Notes under the pieces: model-generated
Told to the model about the DNA's origin: nothing
The model's database searches: none
The model's input: only the letters and a program-made list of their open reading frames with translations
Assembly: GCA_009783635.1 (NCBI GenBank)
Contig: WRDC01000001.1
Location: 1-40,397, forward strand
Origin: Methanimicrococcus sp.
GTDB taxonomy: Archaea > Halobacteriota > Methanosarcinia > Methanosarcinales > Methanosarcinaceae
Direction of reading: 5' to 3'
Length of the DNA: 40,397 nt
Part shown: in pieces, positions 19,860-30,016 of the stretch
Layout of the letters: every line of letters starts with the position of its first letter
Numbering within the stretch: position 1 is the stretch's first letter
Position numbers and translations under genes: made by a program

Positions 19860-20118
19860 GCGAAGAGAACAATTTTTCAGGGCGGGGGGAGTCCGCCAAG
19901 CTTTTTTGGGGTGCCTTCGGCACCCCGGGTATCATGGGGGTACCTTCGGTACCCCGTCTTCTTCTGTTATCCCTTTTTGATTTTTATTTAAAATGAAGCA
20001 ATTAGTCATTTATTTTGAAGTATTATTGAGAAAAGAAGACGGGGTGCCGAAAGCATCCCAAAAAGCTTGGCAGCCTCCCCCCCGTCCCGAAAAATTGCGA
20101 GCGAAGCGAGCAATTTTT
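19860..20118. mobile_element. REP/MITE-like element with long inverted arms
   Basis: 19870-19927 (+19956-19963) is the reverse complement of 20033-20097; internal GGGGTRCC-TTC-GGYACCCC hairpins. Confidence 0.65.
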
Positions 20119-20121
20119 AAA

Positions 20122-20991
20122 TTACTTTTTCTTTTTCGAAAGCGCACTTGCCACCATGATTGCTTTTGTGTAATGTCCCGCCGACCGCGACGTATCGACG
20201 AAAACGTGTTTGTCCATCAAAATCGGCGCGCCGAGACCGTCGCCTCCGCCCAAAAACGTAAGCGCCCGAAAAATCAGATTGCCGGTGACGCCGTTTGGCG
20301 CAATAATATAATTGGATTGTTCAAAAGCTTCTTCCAAGTCCGTTTTGTAATCAACGACGCGCAGTTTTTTTTCCTCGGCGGCGATTCGAATGATTTCAGC
20401 CGCTTCCTTTCGTCCGGCTTCCTCGGGACTTGAAATCAATCCGACGCGGGGTGAAACGCCAAGGCGGTTCAGCAAATGCGTTCCGAGACAAATAAATTCA
20501 ATCTTGTCTTCCGTTGTCGTTCCCTCATCAATGCCCACCGGTGCAAAAAAGTAAGGGCTGCCGTCTTTTGTCAGTAAAATGGCAATTCTGTGTATCTTAT
20601 TGATGTGACAGGCTTTCTTCAAATTGGAAAGGGAATCCGACGCCTTTGCCGTCCCGCGGATGGCGGCGTCCACACGTCCCGAAACAAGAAGCGAAACGAG
20701 TTCGTCTTCCGGACTTTCAGTATCAATAATTTGAAAAGGAAGAATGAACGGGTCATCTTTCCCGATGTTGAAATGAATTCGGGTCGCTTTTTCAATTTCC
20801 TTCCGGTCGCCGACCAAAATCACGTCGGCATAGTTTTTCTCAACCGCAGCCGTTGCGCAGTGAATGGTTTCAGGGTCAGGGTCTCTGACGCCCATCGCAA
20901 TTGTTGCGTGCTTGGAGACAGCGATTTTTTCAATTAAACCGATTAATCTTCCCATTTCATCGGTTTTGTCTGTCTTTTCAGATTCGTTCAA
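20122..20991 (-). CDS. mtxX: Methanogenesis marker protein 4 (MtxX)
   Basis: VDAAIRGT, FFAPVGIDEG, IIAPNGVTGNLIFRAL, GAP..FVDTSR; TTG start with SD GGAGGGG. Confidence 0.88.
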   Translation of the reverse strand: MNESEKTDKTDEMGRLIGLIEKIAVSKHATIAMGVRDPDPETIHCATAAVEKNYADVILVGDRKEIEKATRIHFNIGKDDPFILPFQIIDTESPEDELVSLLVSGRVDAAIRGTAKASDSLSNLKKACHINKIHRIAILLTKDGSPYFFAPVGIDEGTTTEDKIEFICLGTHLLNRLGVSPRVGLISSPEEAGRKEAAEIIRIAAEEKKLRVVDYKTDLEEAFEQSNYIIAPNGVTGNLIFRALTFLGGGDGLGAPILMDKHVFVDTSRSAGHYTKAIMVASALSKKKK

Positions 20992-21051
20992 AATTCCCCT
21001 CCATTTCCGTTTTTTATCAAATGAATTTTTACATTTCGCCGTTCATTTTAT

Positions 21052-21945
21052 TTATTCTTTCCTTTCAAGACCTTTCAAAACGGCTTCTGCCATGACGCCG
21101 ACATCCGGTTTTTGTCCCGTCCATATTTCAAAAGCCAAAGCGCCCTGATAAACCAGCATCATCACGCCGTTTAATGTTTTTGCGCCGGCTTTCTTGGCGT
21201 CTTTTAAAAACTTCGTTTCCCGGGGGTTATAAACAATATCAAAGGCAACGGCCTGACTTTTCAGACGCGTTTGAATCATCTCATCCTTTGTTTTTCCCGC
21301 CGGCAATTCCAGCTGGTCAAAAAAGGAAACGTCTTCATACTTTCCCATGCCGAGCTCCGTTGTTTGAATGATGATATCCGCCTGTGCCAAATTCTCCCAT
21401 CCCGTTGAAAAACCGCCGCCCGATACGTCTCGGTTTCCGGTTTTAACGGCGATTTCAGCCGCCAGTTTCTCCGCTTTTTCAGCCGTTCTGTTGATGATCC
21501 GAACGGTATTTCCGCGTTCGCCGAATAAAAACGAAATGGAACGGGCAGCGCCGCCCGCACCGATGATGAGAATCTTTTTTCCCGCCGGGTCCGCGCCGGC
21601 TGTTTCCAGCGCCGCCAACGCGCCGGCAGCATCCGTATTGAAGCCGTATATGCCCTCTTCTTTAAACAGCAAAGTGTTGACAGCGCCGACTTTTTTTGCA
21701 AAAGGATCGGGTTTTATAATACCGGATTCCAATATCTTTTCTTTATGCGGAATCGTCAGATTTAAGCCGCGGAATCCGTCCGCTTGCGCTTTTAAAACGG
21801 CGTCTTTTAATTCTTCCGGCAAAACGGCATAAGCTCCGTAGACAGAATCCGTCATCTTAAGCGCCGAAAACGCGGCGGTATGCATTGCCGGCGACAAGGA
21901 ATGGCTGATCGGATATCCGAAAACGCCGAATTTCTGAACCGTCAT
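21052..21945 (-). CDS. aroE: Shikimate dehydrogenase
   Basis: HSLSPAMH, NLTIPHK, GAVNT, NTD, GAGGAAR, DIVYNP. Confidence 0.96.
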   Translation of the reverse strand: MTVQKFGVFGYPISHSLSPAMHTAAFSALKMTDSVYGAYAVLPEELKDAVLKAQADGFRGLNLTIPHKEKILESGIIKPDPFAKKVGAVNTLLFKEEGIYGFNTDAAGALAALETAGADPAGKKILIIGAGGAARSISFLFGERGNTVRIINRTAEKAEKLAAEIAVKTGNRDVSGGGFSTGWENLAQADIIIQTTELGMGKYEDVSFFDQLELPAGKTKDEMIQTRLKSQAVAFDIVYNPRETKFLKDAKKAGAKTLNGVMMLVYQGALAFEIWTGQKPDVGVMAEAVLKGLERKE

Positions 21946-22697
21946 TTTTGCCCTTCCGCTCCAATTAATCCCAATATTCTGAAACCTTCTTTGATTTCAT
22001 CCACTCTCAATTGGCCCGGCGCCGCAATTTCATCAATATATCCGTAAGAGAGAACCGAGCCGAAAATCGGCGCCGTAATACGCGTATGCTTTCCGATATC
22101 GCCCATTGCGATTAAACACGTTTTTCCCGAAACTTTCAGTCCGGCTTGATACAATTTCCAAATATCTTCAAAGCTTTTCGGCATCACTGCGATTTTGGCA
22201 ATGTCGGCGCCTTTTTCAAAGGAATTGATCAAAACGTTTTCCATCTTCTTTTGAGTCGGCGTTTCATTGAAAAAATGTGATGAAATAATAATTTTCGTTT
22301 TTGACTTTTGAGCAATCAAAGAGCTTTCGTAAATGTTTTTTTTCGAACTCTTTCTTTCAATGTCAACATAATCCGCGTCGGGAATAATTTTTTGAATCAG
22401 TTTGAAACGGTCGGCTTCCGTTCCTTCAAATGCGCCGCCTTCTTTGTTTGACCGGACCGTTCCGATTACTGAAAGTCCGCTTTCTTTTGCTTCTTTCATC
22501 CATAAAGCCAGTTGATCAAACAATTTTTGGTCGCCGCAGCCGCCTTTCGTATATTTTTCAAATGAAGGGTCGTTTTTCATCAGAAGGTCTATCCGGATTT
22601 CAAGCATATCGGCTCCCGCTTTCTTTCCTTTCTCCGCGGTTGCTTTGACATCTTTAACAATCGTTCCGACGACCGCCGGCTTCATCGATTTTTTCAT
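21942..22697 (-). CDS. aroD: Type I 3-dehydroquinate dehydratase
   Basis: EIRID, TVRS..EGG, SSHFF..TP, KIAV, AMG..G..TR, APGQ. Confidence 0.93.
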   Translation of the reverse strand: MKKSMKPAVVGTIVKDVKATAEKGKKAGADMLEIRIDLLMKNDPSFEKYTKGGCGDQKLFDQLALWMKEAKESGLSVIGTVRSNKEGGAFEGTEADRFKLIQKIIPDADYVDIERKSSKKNIYESSLIAQKSKTKIIISSHFFNETPTQKKMENVLINSFEKGADIAKIAVMPKSFEDIWKLYQAGLKVSGKTCLIAMGDIGKHTRITAPIFGSVLSYGYIDEIAAPGQLRVDEIKEGFRILGLIGAEGQK

Positions 22698-22785
22698 TTT
22701 ATTTCTCCGTTATTTTTGAAAAATCTTGCTCTTTTTGAGAATAAGAAATCATGAAAACAAAAAGAAAAAAAAGAAAACTTAAAAA

Positions 22786-23922
22786 TCAGTTTTCAATAAT
22801 TTTTTCCGTCACTTTCATCCCGAAATGCCGGCCGGCTTCTTCCGCTTTGACGAGGACTTGGTCTCCGACTTTCAGCTGAGTGACAGCAACGCTTTTCCCG
22901 TCGGGCCGGACCAGCTTGACCGTTTCGGCATTTTGAAGAATGACTTTCAATAATTTTCCTTCCGCTTCCGCTTCGATCAGCATCATCGGCCGGGATTCGA
23001 TTTTAACGCGGCCGACAATTCCGGGACGCGTCTTTCCGCCCGCCGCGATGATCATCACATCGTCGCCGGCTTTCAGTTCCGAAAGATAACGTGTTTTGTC
23101 ATTGACTTTCAGGTATGAGTAAACAGCTCCGGCATTCACCCGAAACGGGCGGGAAGCCACATACGGGCTTTCATCCACTTCCGAATGAATCAAAAAGAGG
23201 CCGGCGGATTGTGAGCCGACCAGCATGCCTTCTCCGGGTTCCATCAGATTGCAGGTATCGACACAGACGCGGTCGCCCATGCCGAGCTGTTTCACGGTTA
23301 CAACCGTTGCCGGAACCAATGATTCGGACGCACAGCCGCTCGTTTTGACCGTCTTTGCTATTTTTTTGATTTCGCTGAGGTCACCCGTTTCAATCAATAC
23401 GCCGTCCACGCCTTTTTCCAAAATCTGAAGCGCGGTCTGCGTTTCGTCATTGGTATGAACCGACGTGATAATTTCAACATCATACTTTTCAAGCGCGGCA
23501 ATCAAATTTTCAAGCGGGATGATGCGCCAGTCATTTGCGACGATAATCAAGTAGTCGGCATCTTTGCCGGCCTCGGCCGCGTATAATTCCATTTTTTTGT
23601 TTGTAATATCCGCATAAACCGCCACGCTCTTGCCTGCTTTTTTTGCTTCTTTGATTTGTTTCAATTCAGCCTTTTCATCCCCGCCTTCCGGGGGTTCAGA
23701 TATTTTCCAAACGAAAACATCCGCCTCCTCATTGTTTTGGCTGCCCGTGAAACAGGCGTTTTCGGCGAAACAGGCGGTTTTTATCTTTCCGAGCTGCTTG
23801 ATTTTAGGAATATCAGAGGCGTCGGCCAGCACGAAATCCGCGCCGGCTTCCATTGCCGATGTGATCCGGTTTCTTTTTTGTTCCCATTCTCCCATGGTTG
23901 CGTTCATCCATACGTTTTTCAT
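22786..23922 (-). CDS. aroB': 3-dehydroquinate synthase II (archaeal AroB')
   Basis: WRIIPLENLIA, GDRVCVDT, RPFRVNAG, LQNAET, GRHFG. Confidence 0.94.
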   Translation of the reverse strand: MKNVWMNATMGEWEQKRNRITSAMEAGADFVLADASDIPKIKQLGKIKTACFAENACFTGSQNNEEADVFVWKISEPPEGGDEKAELKQIKEAKKAGKSVAVYADITNKKMELYAAEAGKDADYLIIVANDWRIIPLENLIAALEKYDVEIITSVHTNDETQTALQILEKGVDGVLIETGDLSEIKKIAKTVKTSGCASESLVPATVVTVKQLGMGDRVCVDTCNLMEPGEGMLVGSQSAGLFLIHSEVDESPYVASRPFRVNAGAVYSYLKVNDKTRYLSELKAGDDVMIIAAGGKTRPGIVGRVKIESRPMMLIEAEAEGKLLKVILQNAETVKLVRPDGKSVAVTQLKVGDQVLVKAEEAGRHFGMKVTEKIIEN

Positions 23923-23938
23923 TCGTATCTCCTCAACT

Positions 23939-24034
23939 GATTGAAATTATTGATTTATGACTGAAATTAATTGATTATGACTGATTAATTGATTTTATGC
24001 TGAAATTAATTGATTTATGACTGAATTAATTAAT
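23939..24034. repeat. Degenerate ~20-bp AT-rich tandem repeat (TGAAATTAATTGATTTATGAC)
   Basis: About 5 copies between the S-layer-domain gene and aroB'. Confidence 0.8.
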
Positions 24035-26926
24035 TTATTTTTCTTTTCGGGCTTTCTTTTGGCTGTTCTTCAATTCAGGCTGTTTGTTATTGCTTGAGAA
24101 CCGGCGCGGATCGGAAGGCTTTGAGCCGGATGAGCCCGGATCGGCTGATTTTGAACCGGCGGACGCTTTGGGCGCGGAAGAGGATTTTGCCCCTTCTGTT
24201 TTTCCTTTCGATTGTTTTTTGCCGCCGTTCTTTTGTTCCGCTTCTCTGTTTTCAAGGAAATACAATAAAGCGGCAACCGCTAAAACAATCACGATCAAAA
24301 GTCCGCCGCCGGTCAGCGCCCATTTCCACGGGATTTCCGTCTCCGGTTTTTCCGTCACCGTAATCGTGAATGTTTGGTTGGCGATTTCAAGCGTTTCCAC
24401 TCCGGGTTCCGCCGGCTTGTAATTGAATGTGAAACGTTTTGAATCTCCGGCGTCCAATGTCATTTTCCTTGTTTCCGTGACATTGCCGATTCGGACAGTA
24501 ACTTCCTGCGTCGCCTTTTCCTTACCGACATTGGCGATTTCAATCGGGATTTTTATGTTTTTATTTTCAATGTTTTCCTTCGGGACGGAAATGGCGACAA
24601 CCGCGAAGTAGGGTCCGTATTCCAAAACTTGCAATTGTTTGGAGGCGGATATATATCCCGGTTTTGTTGCCGTCAGATTGTAAGTTCCGGTCGCGGCATC
24701 CGCGGTGACGTTAATCATGCCGTTGTCGTTTGTGGTTCCGATGTGCGCGCCGTCCTTGTAAACGGAAACTCCGGAAACGTTTTTGTTGTTTTCATCTATT
24801 GTGTAAAGATAATAGGAGTCATCGGCAAAGATGTAATCCGGTGTCATGATTTTTAATTGTTCTCCGCCTCCGGAACTTCCCGACACTGATTTTGTTATCG
24901 CTGCCTGCTGATACCCGCTCTTTTCGGCTTTAAATTCATATGTGCCGACGCTGCCGATTGTGTAATTAATGGTGCCGCCGGAATTGGTGTCACCGATTGC
25001 CGCATTGTTCACTTTCACGGCGGCGTTTGCCGCTTCTCTCCATGCGCTGCCGTCCTGATAATAAACTCTGATTGTGATTTCCTGATACGGGAGGATTGTT
25101 TCCGGTACATCGATTCTCAATGTGTCGGCCGTACTGTTCCCGGAGGACGTTCCGCCATACGGGAAAAACCGAAGCGTGTTCGAATCCGCAACGCGCAGAG
25201 ACAGGTTTTCCATGAGCCGGACATCATTTCCTCGGGACAAGCTGACGGTATTGGGGTTGACAAAAATTAAGGAATTTTTGCCGGTGTATTCCACTCTCAT
25301 GTTTTCGACAGTTTTTCCAAGGCCGACGTCGGTGTAGAATGTTGATATCTGGAATATTCCGCCGATTCTCACCGTTGTGTTGCTTGAGCTGATAAAGATG
25401 CTTGAAACGTGGACGGCAATCACCGGAACGGTTGAGCCGCCGACGTTGTTTTCATAAATGAAGGTGTCGCCTTCGGAAACGGTTGCTTCTTTCACTGTGG
25501 CCCCGTTCTTTCTCAGAATCAAATTGACTTTGCCGCTTGTTGTTTCATTTCCGATTTGAAGCGTGTATCCGTCTTCAAGTGTGATATTCGAATTTACGGA
25601 ATAACTGCGATTCGTGTTGTTGTTGACTAAGACTTTGGAGATGAGGCCGTCATCCAGCAAACTGCTGTTTGAATCCGCGAAACGGGTGGTGTTGTTCTTG
25701 TCAGATGAATTGTATCTTGCGTATCCCACGAAGTATTCATCGCCGCCGAGATTGATGGCTCTAAAGCTTCCCCAATCGGAATAATTGAATGAAACATTGT
25801 AGGCGTTGGTTTGATAGAGGATATCGCCGGGGGCGACGTTTCGGGATGAGCCGCTGATATTAATTGTCAAACTTTCCGTCTCGGTCATGTTTTTCAAATC
25901 ATAGCTGAATCCGGGGAAATTCATACCGTTCCAATTTTTGAGCGTGTTGTTGTCGGCATCATAAACCGCGCCGCGGCCGGAATATTTCTTTTCATGTTCG
26001 GTCTTTGGGTCCGAAACCAATTCAAATTTCAGTTTGGAGGTGTCTTTGACATCGATTTTAATGTGCCCCATCAGCGTCACGACAGAATCCTGATTCAAAC
26101 GGATCCGGTCGGGATTTTTCATTTGAATGGAGGTGTTGTTGACTTCTGTAATCTGCATGGCGCCGATTTTTTTGTCTTTACTGACATCGGTTGAACTCTC
26201 GGAAATTTGGAAAATTCCGTTAATCACGGCTTTTCCGCTTTCAACATTTTTGACGTGAATGACGACAACCGGAATTGTTCCAACGCCTTCCAACGACCTT
26301 TCATAAACGAACGTATCATTGCTTGAAACGGTTTCATTTTTGACTTCCGATCCGTTTCTTTCCAAGACGATTCTGAATTCTTTGTAGCTTTCATTAATGT
26401 TGCTGATCCTTAATCTATACCCGTTTTCTAAGGAGTATGTGTCGCCGGAATTGAATTTTCTTTCATCGTCGCTGTCTATAAGCACTTTGAAAATCTTTTC
26501 ATCCGAGAGCGTGCTGATATTGCTGTTTATGAATTGAGTCGTTGAGTTGTTGCCCGAGGCCGAGCGCGTATAGCCGGCAAAATACGGCTCTCCTTGCCAG
26601 CCGATGATGTTATAGCTGCCCCACTCCGCGTATGCGAAACGGATCGTTTTGACTTCCGTGAAATATTCGGCGTTTCCGGCGTTGATTTGCCGGTCGCTTG
26701 CGGCGATCCTCAAAGTGATGTTTTCCGTGTAAACGCCCCGGTCGATATCGTACCAAAGACCGGAATATATGGCAGGCGTCCATGTGTAAGTCGAGGGCAT
26801 GCTTTGGTCAGAATCCCAGACATTGCTGCCTTTAACGGCAGCTGCGGCGGCGGGCAGGGCTAAGCAGGCGGTCAGGATTAAACAAACTAAAAAAAGGAGG
26901 GTCAGAATTTTCAGTTCTTTTGTCAT
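24035..26926 (-). CDS. S-layer domain (DUF1608-type, duplicated) surface protein with Ig-like domains, C-terminal TM helix and basic tail
   Basis: Signal peptide; two copies of W....[YF]SG/PG.[WS]YD, WGS[YF], GIFQIS motifs typical of Methanosarcina S-layer domains; many N-x-S/T sequons. Confidence 0.85.
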   Translation of the reverse strand: MTKELKILTLLFLVCLILTACLALPAAAAAVKGSNVWDSDQSMPSTYTWTPAIYSGLWYDIDRGVYTENITLRIAASDRQINAGNAEYFTEVKTIRFAYAEWGSYNIIGWQGEPYFAGYTRSASGNNSTTQFINSNISTLSDEKIFKVLIDSDDERKFNSGDTYSLENGYRLRISNINESYKEFRIVLERNGSEVKNETVSSNDTFVYERSLEGVGTIPVVVIHVKNVESGKAVINGIFQISESSTDVSKDKKIGAMQITEVNNTSIQMKNPDRIRLNQDSVVTLMGHIKIDVKDTSKLKFELVSDPKTEHEKKYSGRGAVYDADNNTLKNWNGMNFPGFSYDLKNMTETESLTINISGSSRNVAPGDILYQTNAYNVSFNYSDWGSFRAINLGGDEYFVGYARYNSSDKNNTTRFADSNSSLLDDGLISKVLVNNNTNRSYSVNSNITLEDGYTLQIGNETTSGKVNLILRKNGATVKEATVSEGDTFIYENNVGGSTVPVIAVHVSSIFISSSNTTVRIGGIFQISTFYTDVGLGKTVENMRVEYTGKNSLIFVNPNTVSLSRGNDVRLMENLSLRVADSNTLRFFPYGGTSSGNSTADTLRIDVPETILPYQEITIRVYYQDGSAWREAANAAVKVNNAAIGDTNSGGTINYTIGSVGTYEFKAEKSGYQQAAITKSVSGSSGGGEQLKIMTPDYIFADDSYYLYTIDENNKNVSGVSVYKDGAHIGTTNDNGMINVTADAATGTYNLTATKPGYISASKQLQVLEYGPYFAVVAISVPKENIENKNIKIPIEIANVGKEKATQEVTVRIGNVTETRKMTLDAGDSKRFTFNYKPAEPGVETLEIANQTFTITVTEKPETEIPWKWALTGGGLLIVIVLAVAALLYFLENREAEQKNGGKKQSKGKTEGAKSSSAPKASAGSKSADPGSSGSKPSDPRRFSSNNKQPELKNSQKKARKEK

Positions 26927-27146
26927 ACGCGGCACTCGGTGAATTGTTGAATGAATAGATTGTGTGAAATGTATTTTGAATTTAAAAAGTGTGATTTTTC
27001 AATTTCAAAATGAAGAAACTGTTATCCGTTTTTGATATATTATCCCGTTTTTGCCATGTCGTCCATGTTACTTATTTTTTAAATACGCTTATGGTTTATT
27101 ATATTATTGTTTTTCTTTTGAAAAAAAAGGAATGATTTAATATCAG

Positions 27147-28085
27147 ATGATTTTTGTGGCGGTCATGCTTCAAAAAATCGTTTTATCTTTAAAATTGTCT
27201 TTTAAAAAATACGCTCTCGACCAATCCGCCGTTTCTGTCATATTTGGCGCTCTCCTGCTTTTGAGTATCTTCACCGTCCTTTTTTCGGTTTTTTTGGTGA
27301 CGGCGCTGCCGGCTTGGACCATGCATAAAGAAGCGGAAGAAAGTGATTTGCTGTATGCCGATGTGTTGAAATTTTCGGAAAATACCGATACTTTCTCCCG
27401 GTCCGGCGCTTCCGGTTCTTTTCACCCGCAAACTCAGATTCTTTCCTCCCGCCATTCAACAGTCATGGCGGATGAAACCGGTGGCTTCCTTTTATTTCAG
27501 GCCGAAATGAATCTGCCGCCGGAAGTCGTCTCCCTTCTGAAAACGGAATCCGTTCCGGGTCAAAATTTTAAATTAAGCAGCGGTTCCGTTCTTTTTATAA
27601 ACAGTTACACACAGATTCCCGACCAGTTTTATTTTTACGGGCCGGCCGGTTTGATTCTTTGTCAGGAAGACGGCGCGTCTTTCATTCGGCCGCCGCCGAT
27701 ATATTTATCGCGCGGTGACGGCGGCAAAATACTGCTTCAGCTGTCGGGATGTATTATTGAATGCCGCTCCTCTTCTGTTTCGGTCTCAAATCCCGCCGTC
27801 TGTTTTCGAAATGTCCGGACCGTTTATGTGCATGATTTCGTTTCGGAAGTTGAGATTCGGTATGTACCGCCGGCGGTTTTTAGTGTTGATCCGGATTTAG
27901 TCTTCTATGAAAACAGAGATATTGCCGTTGAAAACTATCTGTCGGGTCTGGCAGTTTCGATTTCGGATAATTTTCCGGAAATTGAAGCCGTTTACAGGGA
28001 TGAAATTGCCGTTTTGACGCTGACATCCGAAACGCCGATAGAAATCGATATTCAAATTACCGTTTTGCAAATAGAATTTGAATGA
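27147..28085 (+). CDS. Archaeal pilin-like protein with class III signal peptide
   Basis: DQSA|VSVIFGALLLLSIF cleavage-like motif, then hydrophobic helix and P.W...E motif. Confidence 0.6.
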   Translation: MIFVAVMLQKIVLSLKLSFKKYALDQSAVSVIFGALLLLSIFTVLFSVFLVTALPAWTMHKEAEESDLLYADVLKFSENTDTFSRSGASGSFHPQTQILSSRHSTVMADETGGFLLFQAEMNLPPEVVSLLKTESVPGQNFKLSSGSVLFINSYTQIPDQFYFYGPAGLILCQEDGASFIRPPPIYLSRGDGGKILLQLSGCIIECRSSSVSVSNPAVCFRNVRTVYVHDFVSEVEIRYVPPAVFSVDPDLVFYENRDIAVENYLSGLAVSISDNFPEIEAVYRDEIAVLTLTSETPIEIDIQITVLQIEFE

Positions 28086-28124
28086 AAACTGAAACGGCAG
28101 AGGGTTGATTTTAATAAAAAAGAG

Positions 28125-28199
28125 CGGGCCCGGGAGGATTCGAACCCCCGGCATTCGGGTTAGAAGCCCGACGCTATATCCTGGCTAAGCCACGAGCCC
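28125..28199 (-). tRNA. tRNA-Arg(TCT)
   Basis: GGGCTCG..CGGGCCC acceptor stem, TCGGG-CTTCTAA-CCCGA anticodon arm, GGTTCGAATCC T-arm; no encoded CCA. Confidence 0.96.
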
Positions 28200-28259
28200 A
28201 AGCGCCTGTTCAGGCAGGATTGCAATGAAAGCCTTTTTCTCATAAATACCTTTTGTTCC

Positions 28260-28295
28260 AAAATTACGGCCTCCGCTTCGCGCGGTCGTAATTTT
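28260..28295. repeat. REP-like palindrome AAAATTACGGCC-TCCGCTTCGCGC-GGTCGTAATTTT
   Basis: 12-bp inverted arms around a CGCTTCGC core. Confidence 0.7.
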
Positions 28296-28328
28296 CAAAC
28301 GTTTCGTTTTGTTTTCACTCATAAGTTA

Positions 28329-28428
28329 AAATCAGAGTGGGAATCAAGTAAAGAAATCAGAGTGGGAATCAAGGAAGGAAATCAGAGTGGAAATCAAGGA
28401 AGGAAATCAGAGTGAAAACCAAAAGAGA
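28329..28428. repeat. 25-bp tandem repeat (AAATCAGAGTGGGAATCAAGGAAGG) x4
   Basis: AAATCAGAGTG at 28329,28354,28379,28404. Confidence 0.9.
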
Positions 28429-28613
28429 AATCAAAGCATAGGAATAATTAAATATTTCAGGAAACTTAATGATTCCATTTAGATTTAATGATTTGATTTT
28501 TCAACTCATTTATTCATTTAATATTCATTAATTTGTTCGTTTACGGTTTGCCGGCGGCTTTCACACGATGCCGGCCGACCATGTCATTTGACGGAAAAAT
28601 CTGAGGTTCACAC

Positions 28614-29735
28614 ATGAAATCCATCGTAGAAGAAGCATTAGCCAGAAGCGCCCGCGAAGACCGCGGTGAAACGCCCCGTTATTCTCCCAACATCAATCTT
28701 CAAGGCGAAGATGTGGATGAAGAATTACGCGCTTTTTTGGAAGGTTTAAAGACAAATATTAAAGTTATCGGCTGCGGCGGCGGCGGTTCTAACAGTATTC
28801 AGAGAATGCTTGAAGAAGGCATTACCGGCGCTGAACTGTATGCCGTCAACACGGACGCTCAGCACCTTTTGAAAATCGGTACCAACAAAAAGATTCTTAT
28901 CGGTAAAAAGAAGACGCGTGGTCTCGGCGCAGGCAGTCTCCCGCAAGTCGGCGAGGATGCGGCTATCGAAAACGTGGATGACATCCGCCGTGCCGTTGAC
29001 GGCGCGGATATGGTTTTCATTACAACCGGTCTCGGCGGCGGCACAGGTACCGGCTCCGCGCCCGTTGTTGCCGAAGCTTCCCGTCAGGCAGGCGCCCTCA
29101 CAATTGCGGTCGTCACATTGCCGTTCTCGGGAGAAGGTATTGTCAGAAGAACAAATGCCGAAGCCGGTCTTGAAAGACTTCGCGATGTCGCTGATACCGT
29201 TATCGTTATTCCGAATGATAAACTCATTGAAATGGTTCCGAAACTTCCGCTTCAGGCCGCTTTCAAAGTTTGTGACGAAGTTCTCATGCGCGCCGTGAAA
29301 GGTATCACCGAATCCATCACCGAAGACGGTCTCGTGAACGTTGACTTTGCCGATATCCGCACCATTATGCAAAACGGCGGCGTCGCCATGATTGGTCTCG
29401 GCGAAGCTTCCGGCGAAAACAAAGCCATCGAATCCATTCAAAAGGCTCTCAGAAGCCCGCTTTTGGACGTCGACATTTCCGACGCGACCTCCGCGCTTGT
29501 CAACGTTATCGGCGGTCCCGATATGACCATCGAAGAAGCGCAGGCCGTTGTTCATGAAGTTCACAACCGGATCGACTCCGGCGCCCGTCTCATTTGGGGC
29601 GCCCGCATTGACCCGAAACTTGAAAACAAGATCCGTACAATGATCATTGTGACCGGCGTTAAATCTTCTCAGATTTACGGCCAAGGCAGCGGTACGTTCA
29701 TTACCGCCAAATACGGCATTGACTTTGTTGAGTGA
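28614..29735 (+). CDS. ftsZ: Cell division protein FtsZ
   Basis: [22 protein letters not shown] tubulin motif, NVDFAD; canonical ftsZ-secE-spt5-rpl11 context. Confidence 0.98.
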   Translation: MKSIVEEALARSAREDRGETPRYSPNINLQGEDVDEELRAFLEGLKTNIKVIGCGGGGSNSIQRMLEEGITGAELYAVNTDAQHLLKIGTNKKILIGKKKTRGLGAGSLPQVGEDAAIENVDDIRRAVDGADMVFITTGLGGGTGTGSAPVVAEASRQAGALTIAVVTLPFSGEGIVRRTNAEAGLERLRDVADTVIVIPNDKLIEMVPKLPLQAAFKVCDEVLMRAVKGITESITEDGLVNVDFADIRTIMQNGGVAMIGLGEASGENKAIESIQKALRSPLLDVDISDATSALVNVIGGPDMTIEEAQAVVHEVHNRIDSGARLIWGARIDPKLENKIRTMIIVTGVKSSQIYGQGSGTFITAKYGIDFVE

Positions 29736-30016
29736 TTTCATTCAACAATTCAATCCTTTTTTTATTTTCAATCCCTTTTCTTTTATTTTCAGCTCTTTTT
29801 TCTCTTTTTTATTTCATTTTCACCGGGTATTTTCATTTGCCCGTCTGTTTTTATCTTTCTTTGCGGCTCTTGTTTTTTCCGAAGAAAAAGGACAAAGTAT
29901 ATTAAGTATAAATGTATTTGACACGATATCTTTTTTGAGTTTGTAACTCGGATATCTGTCAGAGTCGAAAAATATTCAAATTCAAAATTATAATTTATAC
30001 AAACGGATGTGAAAAA

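Noticed and set aside
19765-20433. Short ORFs across the inverted-repeat element as a transposase
   Set aside because: No HUH/DDE motifs; translations are low-complexity or antisense to mtxX
28329-28428. 25-bp, 18-bp and 15-bp arrays as CRISPR
   Set aside because: Head-to-tail units without spacers
28746-29741. 331-aa antisense ORF over ftsZ (also 8426-9064, 7492-8118, 36016-36549)
   Set aside because: Shadow ORFs expected from the codon bias of highly expressed genes; no recognisable motifs
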